DNA of 64,000 nucleotides. Origin: an uncultured Planctomycetales bacterium (GTDB taxonomy: Bacteria > Omnitrophota > Gorgyraeia > Zapsychrales > Fredricksoniimonadaceae). Where the stretch lies: NCBI GenBank assembly GCA_964438075.1, contig CAYTIW010000007.1, positions 1 through 64,000 on the forward strand. Direction: 5' to 3'. Position numbers and translations under genes: made by a program. The notes beneath the pieces are model-generated. The model was not told the origin of the DNA. It searched no databases and saw nothing but the letters and a program-made list of their open reading frames with translations. The stretch's first letter is position 1. Each line of letters opens with the position of its first letter. Below, in pieces: positions 29,591 to 38,693 of this stretch.

Positions 29591-30202
29591 ATGTCGGCGA
29601 ATTTCATGAACCAGATGAACGGGGTGGAGATGGTCTTCTGGGGGCTGGCCCTGGCTGGCACGCTTTTCTTTGTGGTCAGGGTCCTCTTGATGCTCATTGG
29701 TTTCGGGCATGGGGATGTTACCTCAGGCGCCGGGCATGATCTGCCTGCAGACGCTGGGTCGGCGGACGCTACCCACGCCTCGAGTGAAGCCTTGTTCCGT
29801 CTTTTTTCAGTCAATTCACTCCTGGCTTTCTTTATGATGCTGGGGTGGACCGGACTGACATGCTATAAGCAGTTCAATATGTCACCGAGCATATCCTGGC
29901 TGATCGGTACGGCAGTGGGAATATTGTGCATGTACATCACCGCGACCTTGTTCGCCATGTCCCGTAAACTGGCCAGTTCCGGGTCCGCATTCAAGGTGGC
30001 AGACACGGTGGGATTGAAGGCTCAGGTTTACCAGCAGATCCCTGCAGGCGGCAAGGGCCGGGTGCAGGTGAACGTGGCCGGAGGTTTGACGCGTGAACTG
30101 GACGCTGTCTCAGCCGGCGGCGAGGCTATTGCCTCTTTCACTACCGTGGAGATCGTAGGGGCTGTGGATGACAACACGGTCCGCGTAAAGAAGTCGGCAT
30201 GA
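29591..30202 (+). CDS. YqiJ/NfeD-like inner-membrane protein
   Basis: Multi-TM N-terminal part and a C-terminal OB-like segment (GKGRVQVNVAGGLTRELDAVS). It sits immediately upstream of a flotillin gene, the classic NfeD-SPFH pairing. Confidence 0.6.
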   Translation: MSANFMNQMNGVEMVFWGLALAGTLFFVVRVLLMLIGFGHGDVTSGAGHDLPADAGSADATHASSEALFRLFSVNSLLAFFMMLGWTGLTCYKQFNMSPSISWLIGTAVGILCMYITATLFAMSRKLASSGSAFKVADTVGLKAQVYQQIPAGGKGRVQVNVAGGLTRELDAVSAGGEAIASFTTVEIVGAVDDNTVRVKKSA

Positions 30203-30278
30203 TGATCGCCAGTAGCTGCATCCGTGCAGTCGTAGAGCATCGGCAGTCAGGCATAAAATAAAAAAGGAGAAGGCAACC

Positions 30279-31688
30279 ATGGACATGAGTTTTATGATTA
30301 TAGCGATCGTGATCTTTGTCACGTTTTTGTTTTCGCTCTTCATCTTTCTGGCGTCCTGTTACAAACGCTGCCCTTCGAACAAAATACTGGCTATCTACGG
30401 TAAGGTCGGCGAAGGCCAGTCGGTGCGCTGCACTCATGGCGGCGGCGCTTTTGTCTTACCTCTGATACAGGACTCCAAGTTCCTGGACCTGACCCCCATG
30501 ACGATCAATATCCCGCTTAAGGGAGCCTTGTCTTCGCAGAACATCCGCATCAACGTGCCGAGCACGTTCACTATCGCTATTGACACATCCAAGGAGGCCA
30601 TGGTCAATGCCGCAGTGCGTTTGCTGGGGTTGGTGAAGGACGACATCGAGAACATGGCCACGGAGATAATCTTCGGACAGTTGCGTCTGACCGTGGCGTC
30701 GCTCAATATCGAGGACATCAACCAGGACCGCGAGAAGTTCCTGCTGGCCATCCGCAACAATATCGAACCGGAGCTGCGCAAGATAGGGCTGACTTTGATC
30801 AACGTCAATATTACGGACATCACCGACGAGTCCGGTTACATAGAGAGCATCGGCAAGAAGGCCGCTTCCACGGCGGTCAACCAGGCCAAGATCGACGTGG
30901 CTGAGCAGACCAAGAAGGGTGAGGTGGGTTCGGCGGCGGCGGAACGCGACCGCAGGATACAGGTAGCCCAGCTCAACTCCGAGGCCGTGGAAGGTGAGAA
31001 CACAGCCAAAGCCAAGATCGCGTCCTATAACGCCGATCTGGCCGAGAAACAAGCTGCGGCCGACCAGCGCGGACAGGTCGCGCAGCAACAGGCCTTTGCC
31101 GAGATCCAGAAAGCCAAAGCCTTGGCCGAGACCAAGCGCCTGGAGGCCGAACAGGTCGTGGTCAAAGAGATCGATAAGCGCAAGATCGAGATCGATGCCG
31201 ACGCCGCGGCCGAAAAGAACCGCCGCGAAGCGCGCGGACAGGCGGACGCTATCATAGCGGTCAAGACCGCCGAGGCTACCGGTATACAAAAGGTCCTGGA
31301 TGCCAAGGCCCAGGGGTACCGCAGCCTGGTCGAATCCTGCGGGGCAAGTTCCCGCGATGCGGCTACAATGTTGATAGTCGAGAAATTGGAGGAGATCGTC
31401 AAGATGCAGGCCGAGGCCATACGTAACATCAAGATCGAGAAGGTCACGGTCTGGGACGCCGGCAATACAGAAAAGGGTAGTTCTACAGCCAATTTTCTGA
31501 GCAGCATGGTGAAATCCCTGCCGGCCCTGCACGACATAGCTTCGATGGCGGGGGTAGACCTGCCGAAGTACCTGGGCCAGGTAAAGCAGCCCAAACAGGA
31601 TGGGGCAGCGGGACCGGAGGGTGAACCTCTTCCAGAGAAGCCCAGCAAGGTCAAGATGCATCAGGAAAAGCCGGGAGATGTTAAATAG
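30279..31688 (+). CDS. Flotillin / SPFH (band 7) domain protein, YqiK-like
   Basis: N-terminal TM, SPFH domain (NIRINVPSTFTIAI...EIIFGQLRLTVASLNIEDINQDREKF), then a long A/E/K/Q-rich flotillin coiled coil. Confidence 0.85.
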   Translation: MDMSFMIIAIVIFVTFLFSLFIFLASCYKRCPSNKILAIYGKVGEGQSVRCTHGGGAFVLPLIQDSKFLDLTPMTINIPLKGALSSQNIRINVPSTFTIAIDTSKEAMVNAAVRLLGLVKDDIENMATEIIFGQLRLTVASLNIEDINQDREKFLLAIRNNIEPELRKIGLTLINVNITDITDESGYIESIGKKAASTAVNQAKIDVAEQTKKGEVGSAAAERDRRIQVAQLNSEAVEGENTAKAKIASYNADLAEKQAAADQRGQVAQQQAFAEIQKAKALAETKRLEAEQVVVKEIDKRKIEIDADAAAEKNRREARGQADAIIAVKTAEATGIQKVLDAKAQGYRSLVESCGASSRDAATMLIVEKLEEIVKMQAEAIRNIKIEKVTVWDAGNTEKGSSTANFLSSMVKSLPALHDIASMAGVDLPKYLGQVKQPKQDGAAGPEGEPLPEKPSKVKMHQEKPGDVK

Positions 31689-31715
31689 TCTGGTAGCGCT
31701 TTTCAAGCTATAAAA

Positions 31716-31747
31716 GTCCCGGGCGGTCACGTCCGGGACTTTTTTTA
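31716..31747 (+). terminator. Rho-independent terminator after the flotillin gene
   Basis: GTCCCGG (31716-31722) pairs with CCGGGAC (31733-31739) and is followed by a T7 run. Confidence 0.7.
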
Positions 31748-31831
31748 TACTGGGCAGAGGTATCTTTGGAAGATACCAGTGATTTGTCGTTCATTGAATA
31801 GCGGGGGTTAATTGAAAATCCATTCATGTTA

Positions 31832-31859
31832 TTGACAAGTTGGGAAGAAAGATTATGCT
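31832..31859 (+). promoter_or_regulatory. Sigma70-like promoter candidate for the 31952 gene
   Basis: TTGACA (31832-31837), a 16-nt spacer, then TATGCT (31854-31859). The same architecture and flanks occur upstream of the paralog at 33116. Confidence 0.45.
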
Positions 31860-31951
31860 CTTTAATACGGTACGGTATAGTATCGCGAAGTTTTTATTGA
31901 AGAAGTGTCATTTTACTTATTAAATTATTATCAGTTGAAACGGAGGTAGTT

Positions 31952-32191
31952 ATGCCCAGCACCAAGAATGAAGCTTTATTGAGCAACGCAAAGGTCCAGG
32001 AAGAGATATCCAAACACCGGTGGATAGAGAGCGAGAAGGCTGGTTCGGACATCGGTTTTGACAGAGCAGCTAAGGACTGGCTTAACCGTTTTTCAGATGA
32101 TTGGATAAAGGCCAATTTGTCGCAGCATAGCACGGTGACCCGTAGTCTTTTCAAGGCCGCTAACAACAAAACCAGGGCCAAACGGGGGTAG
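31952..32191 (+). CDS. Small conserved protein, paralog 1 (KHRWIESEKAG motif, basic tail)
   Basis: 79 aa with GGAGGT 6 nt upstream of the ATG. The first ~57 aa are near-identical in pattern to the 33229 product (VQEEISKHRWIESEKAG.DIGFD.A.KDWL.R.S..W.KANLS). Confidence 0.6.
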   Translation: MPSTKNEALLSNAKVQEEISKHRWIESEKAGSDIGFDRAAKDWLNRFSDDWIKANLSQHSTVTRSLFKAANNKTRAKRG

Positions 32192-32397
32192 TGGCCGCCG
32201 GTGGATGGGGTTGGGTAAGTAGTTTGTTGCCTTTGCAGGTAAAGGGTAAGCTATACGTCCTGATTTAAAAGGAGGCTTATCTTAATTTTTTTGCTAACAA
32301 CGTTGCCTGGGATTGCAGGTCCGATCTGTGCAAGTTCGCGGATGAGACGTGAGTTAGGTGTGTTTATTTCTCCATATGTATTATTCAGGGGGAACCG

Positions 32398-32946
32398 ATG
32401 GGCCCGATAAGGAAAAAGTTATTTTCCATCTTGGGTGTGATCGCCTTCACAGTGGGGCTGTGTCAGGCAGATGAATTGCTCATCGACGGCGGAAGGAAAA
32501 TAACCGGCAGGATCACGAATATCGAGAACAATGAAGTGACGCTTGATACGGGCACCAATGAACTAGTGATCGATACCAAGATAATCAAGGCTATCAGCAC
32601 GGACTCTTCGGATGCCGACCTCTTGACAAAAGTGGCAGAATTGCAGAACAAAATAAATACCGCCAGTGAGATAGAGAAGGCCAAGATGGAGGCACAAAAG
32701 GAGAAGTTGACCGGCAAGAAAGTTGACCTTTATATTCGAACGAACTGCTCTTTGTGCGACGATATGGAGAATTTTCTGAACAAGAACGGCATCAAACATA
32801 TCCGATTTGATATTGAGCAGGATGTCAGGGCCAAACGCCGCATGAACGCTAAGGGATGCCAGGGGCTGCCTTGCGTTATCATCAATAACAGCCGAGTTGT
32901 TTCAGGGTATGACCCCAATTCAGTGATCGACATATTGCTGGAGTAG
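32398..32946 (+). CDS. Secreted protein with a C-terminal glutaredoxin/thioredoxin-fold domain
   Basis: Signal peptide (FSILGVIAFTVGLCQA). The C-terminal ~75 aa are VDLYIRTNCSLCDDMENFLNKNGIKHIRFDIEQD...GLPCVIINNSRVVSGYDP, i.e. CxxC plus a Grx-like layout. Confidence 0.55.
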   Translation: MGPIRKKLFSILGVIAFTVGLCQADELLIDGGRKITGRITNIENNEVTLDTGTNELVIDTKIIKAISTDSSDADLLTKVAELQNKINTASEIEKAKMEAQKEKLTGKKVDLYIRTNCSLCDDMENFLNKNGIKHIRFDIEQDVRAKRRMNAKGCQGLPCVIINNSRVVSGYDPNSVIDILLE

Positions 32947-33115
32947 TGTCGCTGGGATCATTGGATCAGGTATCGATCCCGGACAGGGCGTTCATCCTGT
33001 CGATAACAGCAAGAGAAATATCATAGTGCTGCCGGTCTCCCCAGCCCCAGCCGTTAGGCTCGCCGTTAATTAGTACTGACTTGACCTGCACCTTTAGAGA
33101 TATTAATTTGAGCCA

Positions 33116-33143
33116 TTGACATGCATTGAGAAGAGAGTAAGCT
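33116..33143 (+). promoter_or_regulatory. Sigma70-like promoter candidate for the 33229 gene
   Basis: TTGACA (33116-33121), a 16-nt spacer, then TAAGCT (33138-33143). It is a paralogous copy of the 31832 element (ATTGACA-N16-TA[TA]GCTCTT[TA]AATA). Confidence 0.45.
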
Positions 33144-33228
33144 CTTAAATATGGAGAAATTTTAGATAGCGGAGAATCGTTCGCAATTATATTTTACCTA
33201 ATTATCAACGAACAAATACGGAGGAGTT

Positions 33229-33471
33229 ATGGGCAGCTTAAAGAATGAATTCTTATTGTCCGACAACAGGGTCCAGGAGGAGATCTCCAAGCACCGGTGG
33301 ATAGAAAGTGAGAAGGCCGGGGCCGATATCGGTTTCGATAACGCATCCAAGGATTGGCTTACTCGATATTCAGAGGGATGGATGAAGGCCAATCTTTCAC
33401 GACAAGCCACATCTGCCTGCGGTGCCCCCAAGGGTAATGGCAAAACCAGGGCCAGGCGCATCAAGTCCTGA
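33229..33471 (+). CDS. Small conserved protein, paralog 2
   Basis: 80 aa with GGAGGA upstream. It shares the KHRWIESEKAGADIGFD core and a basic C-terminal tail (KTRARRIKS) with the 31952 product. Confidence 0.6.
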   Translation: MGSLKNEFLLSDNRVQEEISKHRWIESEKAGADIGFDNASKDWLTRYSEGWMKANLSRQATSACGAPKGNGKTRARRIKS

Positions 33472-33628
33472 AAGTTGCTCTCTGAGGTCATGGGCAGGAT
33501 GTTCATCTGTTCGCTGGAAAGTAAAAAGAGAGTTTAATGGCAACTGTTTAGACCTGGTCTGGCCTTTATAGTTCTGTTGAGCTCTATCTTTCCCGAGTCG
33601 GTCTTTTCGAATTTCACGGGGATCTTCC

Positions 33629-33940
33629 ATGTCTGAGAAATTCGTGAGCGCGCCGCTAAGACCGGTAACGGCGACCATGGATACGTCCGCCATGTCCATA
33701 GGAGGCCCAGGCTTGCCAAAGGAATTCGTATGGCGGGGGCAGATCATAGCCGTGGTCTCACTACTGCGCTCTTGGCGCGAGACCGGTGCCTGCCGCCATG
33801 GTAGCGGCGAGAGCTACGTTCGTAAGCATTGGTTCGAAGTCGTTACCTCCAGCCACGGTAAATTAAAGATATATTTCGAACGGCAGACACGCCGGTCAGG
33901 TCAGGCGACGTGGTGGCTGTATAGCATGTCAGACGGGTAA
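33629..33940 (+). CDS. Hypothetical protein
   Basis: 103-aa ORF with no convincing RBS. Trp-rich pattern (FVWRGQ...SWRE...HWFEV...WWLYS). No family is confidently recognised. Confidence 0.35.
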   Translation: MSEKFVSAPLRPVTATMDTSAMSIGGPGLPKEFVWRGQIIAVVSLLRSWRETGACRHGSGESYVRKHWFEVVTSSHGKLKIYFERQTRRSGQATWWLYSMSDG

Positions 33941-34044
33941 TGGCTGTCATTGATCAGGTGATGTCCTATTCATCAAAGGGAAGAGACTGGATATTACTAT
34001 TCAGGTCTTAAACCTTTATTCACACTTTACAAAAGGAGGTTTTA

Positions 34045-34236
34045 ATGGGGCACATCTCCAAACTTTTTATCGATAACAGTATGCGCTTTTCCAATCCCGA
34101 CGGCACCCCGGAAGACGTTGAGAAGTTCAATCTTTACACGGGATTGGCGCAGATGGCTGAGGCTATCGAAGGCCTTGAGCTCAAGCTTAAACAGATCGAA
34201 TCCAAGTTGAATTATCTGCAGGCAAGCTTAGGATAG
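34045..34236 (+). CDS. Hypothetical small protein
   Basis: 63-aa ORF with AAAGGAGG 6-7 nt upstream of the ATG and a helical C-terminal half. Confidence 0.4.
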   Translation: MGHISKLFIDNSMRFSNPDGTPEDVEKFNLYTGLAQMAEAIEGLELKLKQIESKLNYLQASLG

Positions 34237-34388
34237 TCTCGCCTACAGGACGGTACCGATGGCCGTCTCTTATTAACATTGTTGCCCGGGGCCGGCATCG
34301 GACCTTAAGAATGGGATGATACTGGAAGAAGTGTTTAAGATTTTTATTTTGAGGTCGTGCTCATGAGGGTGGAGGCAAGAAAGTCATA

Positions 34389-35441
34389 ATGAGTGAAAGC
34401 GATTATAATCTGACCTGTCCCGTCCCCTTGAACAGGCATAAGCGTATTTTGCTAGCTCACGGCAGTGGCGGCGCCCTGACCCATGAGCTAATCGATAAAG
34501 TCTTTGCGCCTGCCTTTGACAATCCTTTTATACGCCAGCATCACGACGGGGCAGTAGCAGATCTCCCAGCCGGCAAACTGGCCATTACTACCGATTCCTA
34601 TGTGGTGCGGCCGCTTTTTTTCCCTGGGGGGGACATCGGCCGGCTGGCCGTATACGGCAGCGTGAACGATCTGGCCATGTGCGGTGCGCGACCTCTTTAC
34701 TTGAGCGTTGCCTTTATTCTCGAGGAAGGGTTCGAGATCGCACAATTGGTCCGCATTGTCGATTCCATGAAGAAAGCGGCGGATCAATGCGGAGTAAAGA
34801 TAATAACCGGTGACACCAAGGTAGTGGATAAAGGCAAAGGCGACGGGGTCTTTATTAACACTACCGGAGTGGGAGTTATCGGACACGGGTTGTCCATTAT
34901 TCCCGCGTCTATCCGCGAAGGCGATGCCATTATCTTGAGCGGGGACATCGGCCGGCACGGGGTGGCGGTCATGCTCGCGCGGGAGGGGTTATCCATGGAG
35001 AGCTCGGTCGAGAGCGACGCGGCGCCATTGGCAGACAGTGTGCTGGAACTTATCGAGCGCGGCATAAAAGTACATTGTTTGCGCGACCTGACACGGGGAG
35101 GGTTGGCCACCGCGTTGGTCGAGTTGGCCCAAGGCTCTGGATCGGAGTTGAGGGTTAGCGAACGCGATATCTCAGTATCGCCGCCGGTCCGTGGAGCATG
35201 CGAGGTCCTTGGACTGGACCCGCTTTATGTAGCTAACGAGGGCCGCTTTGTTTGTATAGCACCGGCCTCGGAGTCCGCGGCCGTGTTGGAGGTCTTGAAG
35301 AGGCGCCCCGGCGGGGATAATGCCGGCTGCATAGGGATAGTCGCCCGTGGTGACCGGCCGCAGGCCATACTGGAGAACGCCATTGGCACCTCCCGTGTCT
35401 TACATATGCTCCCGGGAGAACTGCTGCCAAGGATATGTTGA
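34389..35441 (+). CDS. hypE: [NiFe]-hydrogenase maturation protein HypE
   Basis: AIR-synthase-like PurM fold. It has the N-terminal ..LTCPVP.., GDTKVVDKGKGDGVFINTTGVG, and the diagnostic C-terminal PRIC ending. Confidence 0.9.
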   Translation: MSESDYNLTCPVPLNRHKRILLAHGSGGALTHELIDKVFAPAFDNPFIRQHHDGAVADLPAGKLAITTDSYVVRPLFFPGGDIGRLAVYGSVNDLAMCGARPLYLSVAFILEEGFEIAQLVRIVDSMKKAADQCGVKIITGDTKVVDKGKGDGVFINTTGVGVIGHGLSIIPASIREGDAIILSGDIGRHGVAVMLAREGLSMESSVESDAAPLADSVLELIERGIKVHCLRDLTRGGLATALVELAQGSGSELRVSERDISVSPPVRGACEVLGLDPLYVANEGRFVCIAPASESAAVLEVLKRRPGGDNAGCIGIVARGDRPQAILENAIGTSRVLHMLPGELLPRIC

Positions 35442-35483
35442 CCCTGAAAGCCATAAAGGCGGGGCCCTAAAAGAGGAACTTTA

Positions 35484-36050
35484 ATGCCCAATTCTTTTTT
35501 GCGCCGGTTCCAGGTAGAACAACTTGAAGCGGACCTTGACCTGAGGCTGAGCGATGTGGTGGTCCAAGACACTTCGCTGACAGTGAGAGGCCGGGCGGGC
35601 GGGGTCAGGCTTATGTTCGCGGCTATCTTCATCCTTCCCGGTCTATGGTTGGGCTGGCAGGCGCTGTCGACACTGAATCCATTGATCTTGATAACGGCCT
35701 TGATACTTTGTCCGGTGCTTTTTGCCGTGGGGATCCTGTTTGGTTTCCTAACAGCGGGAAAATCTTTCGATATAACCCGACACGTGGCGACCAACTCGCT
35801 CAGGCTGTTCAACTTCAGGACCGAAAGAACGATAGATCTGCCGTCTAAAGGGACCGTGAAACTATGGAGTGAATGGCATATGGGCGGGGAGGGTCCCGGC
35901 TGCTGGTGGCATAACGTTGCCCTCGACGGTTGTAACGGTTTCAGTTTTACCATCTCGCGTGACTACACCCGGGCCCGGGTTTTTGCCGAACAACTAGCCC
36001 GGTCGCTGCGCTACGGGCTTACTGATGTCACTGAACCGCGCAGCCGATGA
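35484..36050 (+). CDS. Hypothetical membrane protein (2 TM)
   Basis: 188-aa ORF with two adjacent hydrophobic helices (MFAAIFILPGLWLGWQAL, LILITALILCPVLFAVGILFGFL). Confidence 0.45.
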   Translation: MPNSFLRRFQVEQLEADLDLRLSDVVVQDTSLTVRGRAGGVRLMFAAIFILPGLWLGWQALSTLNPLILITALILCPVLFAVGILFGFLTAGKSFDITRHVATNSLRLFNFRTERTIDLPSKGTVKLWSEWHMGGEGPGCWWHNVALDGCNGFSFTISRDYTRARVFAEQLARSLRYGLTDVTEPRSR

Positions 36051-36119
36051 AAAGGTGTTTCTAGTAGTCTGTTTGCGTCTTTTTAATTGATGGATTATTC
36101 ATAGGGAAGGTTTCCCCCC

Positions 36120-36785
36120 ATGAGCGACGGCGCATTGATCGGTTTTATCCTGTTCTTGGCGTTCGGCAGCGCCATAGCCGCTTTCTTCTCAAAGATGGGA
36201 CAGAAGGTCAAACTTGGACTGCGCCTGGGCCCCACCATGACGGTCAAGGACGGTTCCGGGCGATCGTTCGCTATATCCAACGCTGCCGCCACTCTGAACA
36301 CGGCCGTGGTCAGGCGGGTCATGGAGCGCCTGAAACGTAACCCGCTGCCTGCCCATTCACTGGATCTCGGCGGGCTTAAGGAGAAGGAAAAAGGATTGTT
36401 AGACTCGGTCCCCAGTCGATCGCAGGCTCTTTTTGCCATAAATACCTTCCGGGCGCATGCCAGGGGCTATTTTGATTATCTGACCAACGATAAAGATCTC
36501 CTTGACCGTCCTGGAGAGGCCACGGCCCCGTTGGAACAATTCAGTGATTTTGTACAGGAGTTCATCAAGACCCAGGTACAGGAAAAGATCCCTAACCATG
36601 CTGCCCAGTTGGATGCTTTTTATGCTGGCTTTACACCTGACGAAGGGGAATTCATAATCGCATGGGCTGACCGTATCGTTTTGACCAGTAACCGCTTAGT
36701 ACTGCTGACTGAAGGTGGACAGCCAAAGATAATCGCTGACATACCGATCGTCCGGGTGCTTTCCTATGAAGCAAGTGACGGATAG
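36120..36785 (+). CDS. Hypothetical N-terminally anchored protein
   Basis: 221-aa ORF with an N-terminal TM (LIGFILFLAFGSAIAAFF). No motif recognised. Confidence 0.45.
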   Translation: MSDGALIGFILFLAFGSAIAAFFSKMGQKVKLGLRLGPTMTVKDGSGRSFAISNAAATLNTAVVRRVMERLKRNPLPAHSLDLGGLKEKEKGLLDSVPSRSQALFAINTFRAHARGYFDYLTNDKDLLDRPGEATAPLEQFSDFVQEFIKTQVQEKIPNHAAQLDAFYAGFTPDEGEFIIAWADRIVLTSNRLVLLTEGGQPKIIADIPIVRVLSYEASDG

Positions 36786-36940
36786 CGCCTTCCGCAACTC
36801 GCCTTAACAAAGTTCAAAAACCTCTTAATTCCGCACCGATTTGGTCTATCATATAAAATCGAAGTTTAGATATCCGGTAATGTTTTTGAGCGCGGGGCGA
36901 CCTTGGCACTGTCTGCCGCTATGGAGGGCAGAAGGGATCT

Positions 36941-38050
36941 ATGATGAAAATTTCTCGCTTTATGTTCAATGTTATCGTTTTGCTGCTCTTTTTCACCTTG
37001 CCTTCCATGGCAGGCGAGCCGCCTTCACGAGGAATGTTCGTAACTGTGATCCAGGACCCACCGGTATTATACAGCCGAGAGAACATTGACAAGCTTATAA
37101 CTTACGCGAAGGAAGCCCGCGTCAAGATACTTTTCGTGCAGGTATACCGGGCCAATATGGCCTGGTTCAAGTCTGGATTCGGGGACACGACACCTTACAG
37201 AATAGCGCTCAAGAATGTCGGGGAAGACCCCTTTGCCCTGCTTATCCGCAAAGCACATCAGGCGGGTATCGAAGTGCACGCCTGGGTCAACATGTTAAGC
37301 CTGGGGGAGAATCATAAGGCCCCCTTCATCAAGAAATATGGTCCCGGCATATTGACCCGCAACCGGCAGCCCAAGAAGAACCTGGAAGAATACAAGATCG
37401 ATAAGCAATATTTCCTGGAACCAGGCGACCCTCGCGTAAGAGATGAGCTGGTCAAGCTGGTGGAAGAGATCGTGGGCGCTTATCCGGAACTGGACGGGAT
37501 CCAGTTCGATTATATCCGGTATCCCGATACCAAGCCCAACTACGGCCATTCCGAGATCAATGTCGCCCGGTTCAGGAAAGCGACCGGTCTGGTTGGCTTT
37601 TCCGACAAGAACAAGGCCTGGCAGGATTGGAAACGCCGACAGGTCACTTACCTTCTGGGGCAATTGGTGAAAAAGGCCCGGTCCCTGCGCCCGGACATAC
37701 AGGTATCGGCCACAGGGTGCATGCCTTATCTGCGGGCTTATTATGAGGCTTACCAGGACTGGCCATCATGGGTCAATGATGGTACCGTGGACTTCGTGAC
37801 CCTGATGAATTATTCTACGGATGTCAAGGAATATGACCGGTGGATCGTTAATGCCAAGGCCAGGGTAAAGGATTTCAGTAAGATCAATATCGGCCTTGGT
37901 TCCTATAAGTCATCCGGTTCCCGGGATACCTTTGCCAAGGAATACCGGATTTGCGAGAAGTCCGGAGCCGGGTCCTGCGTAGTCTTCCATTACGGCAGCC
38001 TGCTTAAGGATCCCCTTTGCAGCGACTATCTGCTCAGCAGCAATAAATAG
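36941..38050 (+). CDS. Glycoside-hydrolase-like family 10 (GHL10/YngK-like) secreted protein
   Basis: Signal peptide. TIM-barrel-like pattern with HQAGIEVHAWVN and the family-typical DGIQFDYIRYPD. Confidence 0.65.
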   Translation: MMKISRFMFNVIVLLLFFTLPSMAGEPPSRGMFVTVIQDPPVLYSRENIDKLITYAKEARVKILFVQVYRANMAWFKSGFGDTTPYRIALKNVGEDPFALLIRKAHQAGIEVHAWVNMLSLGENHKAPFIKKYGPGILTRNRQPKKNLEEYKIDKQYFLEPGDPRVRDELVKLVEEIVGAYPELDGIQFDYIRYPDTKPNYGHSEINVARFRKATGLVGFSDKNKAWQDWKRRQVTYLLGQLVKKARSLRPDIQVSATGCMPYLRAYYEAYQDWPSWVNDGTVDFVTLMNYSTDVKEYDRWIVNAKARVKDFSKINIGLGSYKSSGSRDTFAKEYRICEKSGAGSCVVFHYGSLLKDPLCSDYLLSSNK

Positions 38051-38084
38051 CTACCAGTTCGATCCTATCTAGAGGAGGCGCCCC

Positions 38085-38660
38085 ATGCCGAAAAAGATAC
38101 TTCTCCTTTCAGGAAGTCCGCAAAAGAACGGCAACACAGTCACGCTCTTGAACTGGTTCATGGACGGGGCCCGGGAAAAAGGCGCCGAGATGGAGCTGGT
38201 CCATGCCGCCTTCCTGAAATATAAGACCCCTGGATGCACCTCCTGCCGTCAGTGCCAGCAGTCCAAGCTATATGAATGCGTTATCCAAGATGGGGCGCGC
38301 CCTGTGCTAGCGATGATGGCTGGTGTGGATGTGATCGTCATGGCCACGCCGCTCTACTTTTTTGGCCCCAGTGCCCAGCTCAAGGCGGTCTTTGACCGTA
38401 TGTTCTCGCTTTATAAATGGGACAATGCCGCCGGGACGATGCAGACCCCGCTCAAGGGAAAGACCCTGGTGGTTCTGGCCAGCGCTTTTGAAGATGTGGG
38501 ACTGGACGCTCTCGAGAAGCCCTTCGCCCTTACTGCCAGCTATACCGGTATGAATTTCCGTTCCCTTTTGATACCCAATGCGGGTGTATCGGGGGACATT
38601 ATTAAACAGCCCGGCATCCGCGAAAAAGCTGTCAGCCTGGGAAGGGAAGTGGCAGGTTGA
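38085..38660 (+). CDS. Flavodoxin-like NADPH-dependent FMN reductase / iron-sulfur flavoprotein family
   Basis: KILLLSGSPQKNGNT (FMN phosphate loop), a Cys cluster CTSCRQCQ, and VIVMATPLYFFGPSAQLKAVFDR. Confidence 0.72.
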   Translation: MPKKILLLSGSPQKNGNTVTLLNWFMDGAREKGAEMELVHAAFLKYKTPGCTSCRQCQQSKLYECVIQDGARPVLAMMAGVDVIVMATPLYFFGPSAQLKAVFDRMFSLYKWDNAAGTMQTPLKGKTLVVLASAFEDVGLDALEKPFALTASYTGMNFRSLLIPNAGVSGDIIKQPGIREKAVSLGREVAG

Positions 38661-38693
38661 GTACGTGATAGGTTGATGGACTAGCAAGCCCGG

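Noticed and set aside
30456-31730. 424-aa minus-strand ORF antisense to the flotillin gene
   Set aside because: The sense frame has clear SPFH/flotillin features. The antisense frame is a low-complexity product of the Ala/Glu/Lys/Gln-rich coiled-coil codons (GCN/GAR read in reverse).
32192-32397. Repeated TTGCCT..GCAGGT elements as a sigma54 (-24/-12) promoter
   Set aside because: The GG and GC elements are not at the required 10-nt spacing, and no TGGCAC-N5-TTGC match was found.
36841-37089. 82-aa ORF overlapping the start of the GHL10 gene
   Set aside because: It is out of frame with, and overlaps, a gene that has a clear signal peptide and family motifs. It has no RBS and no features.
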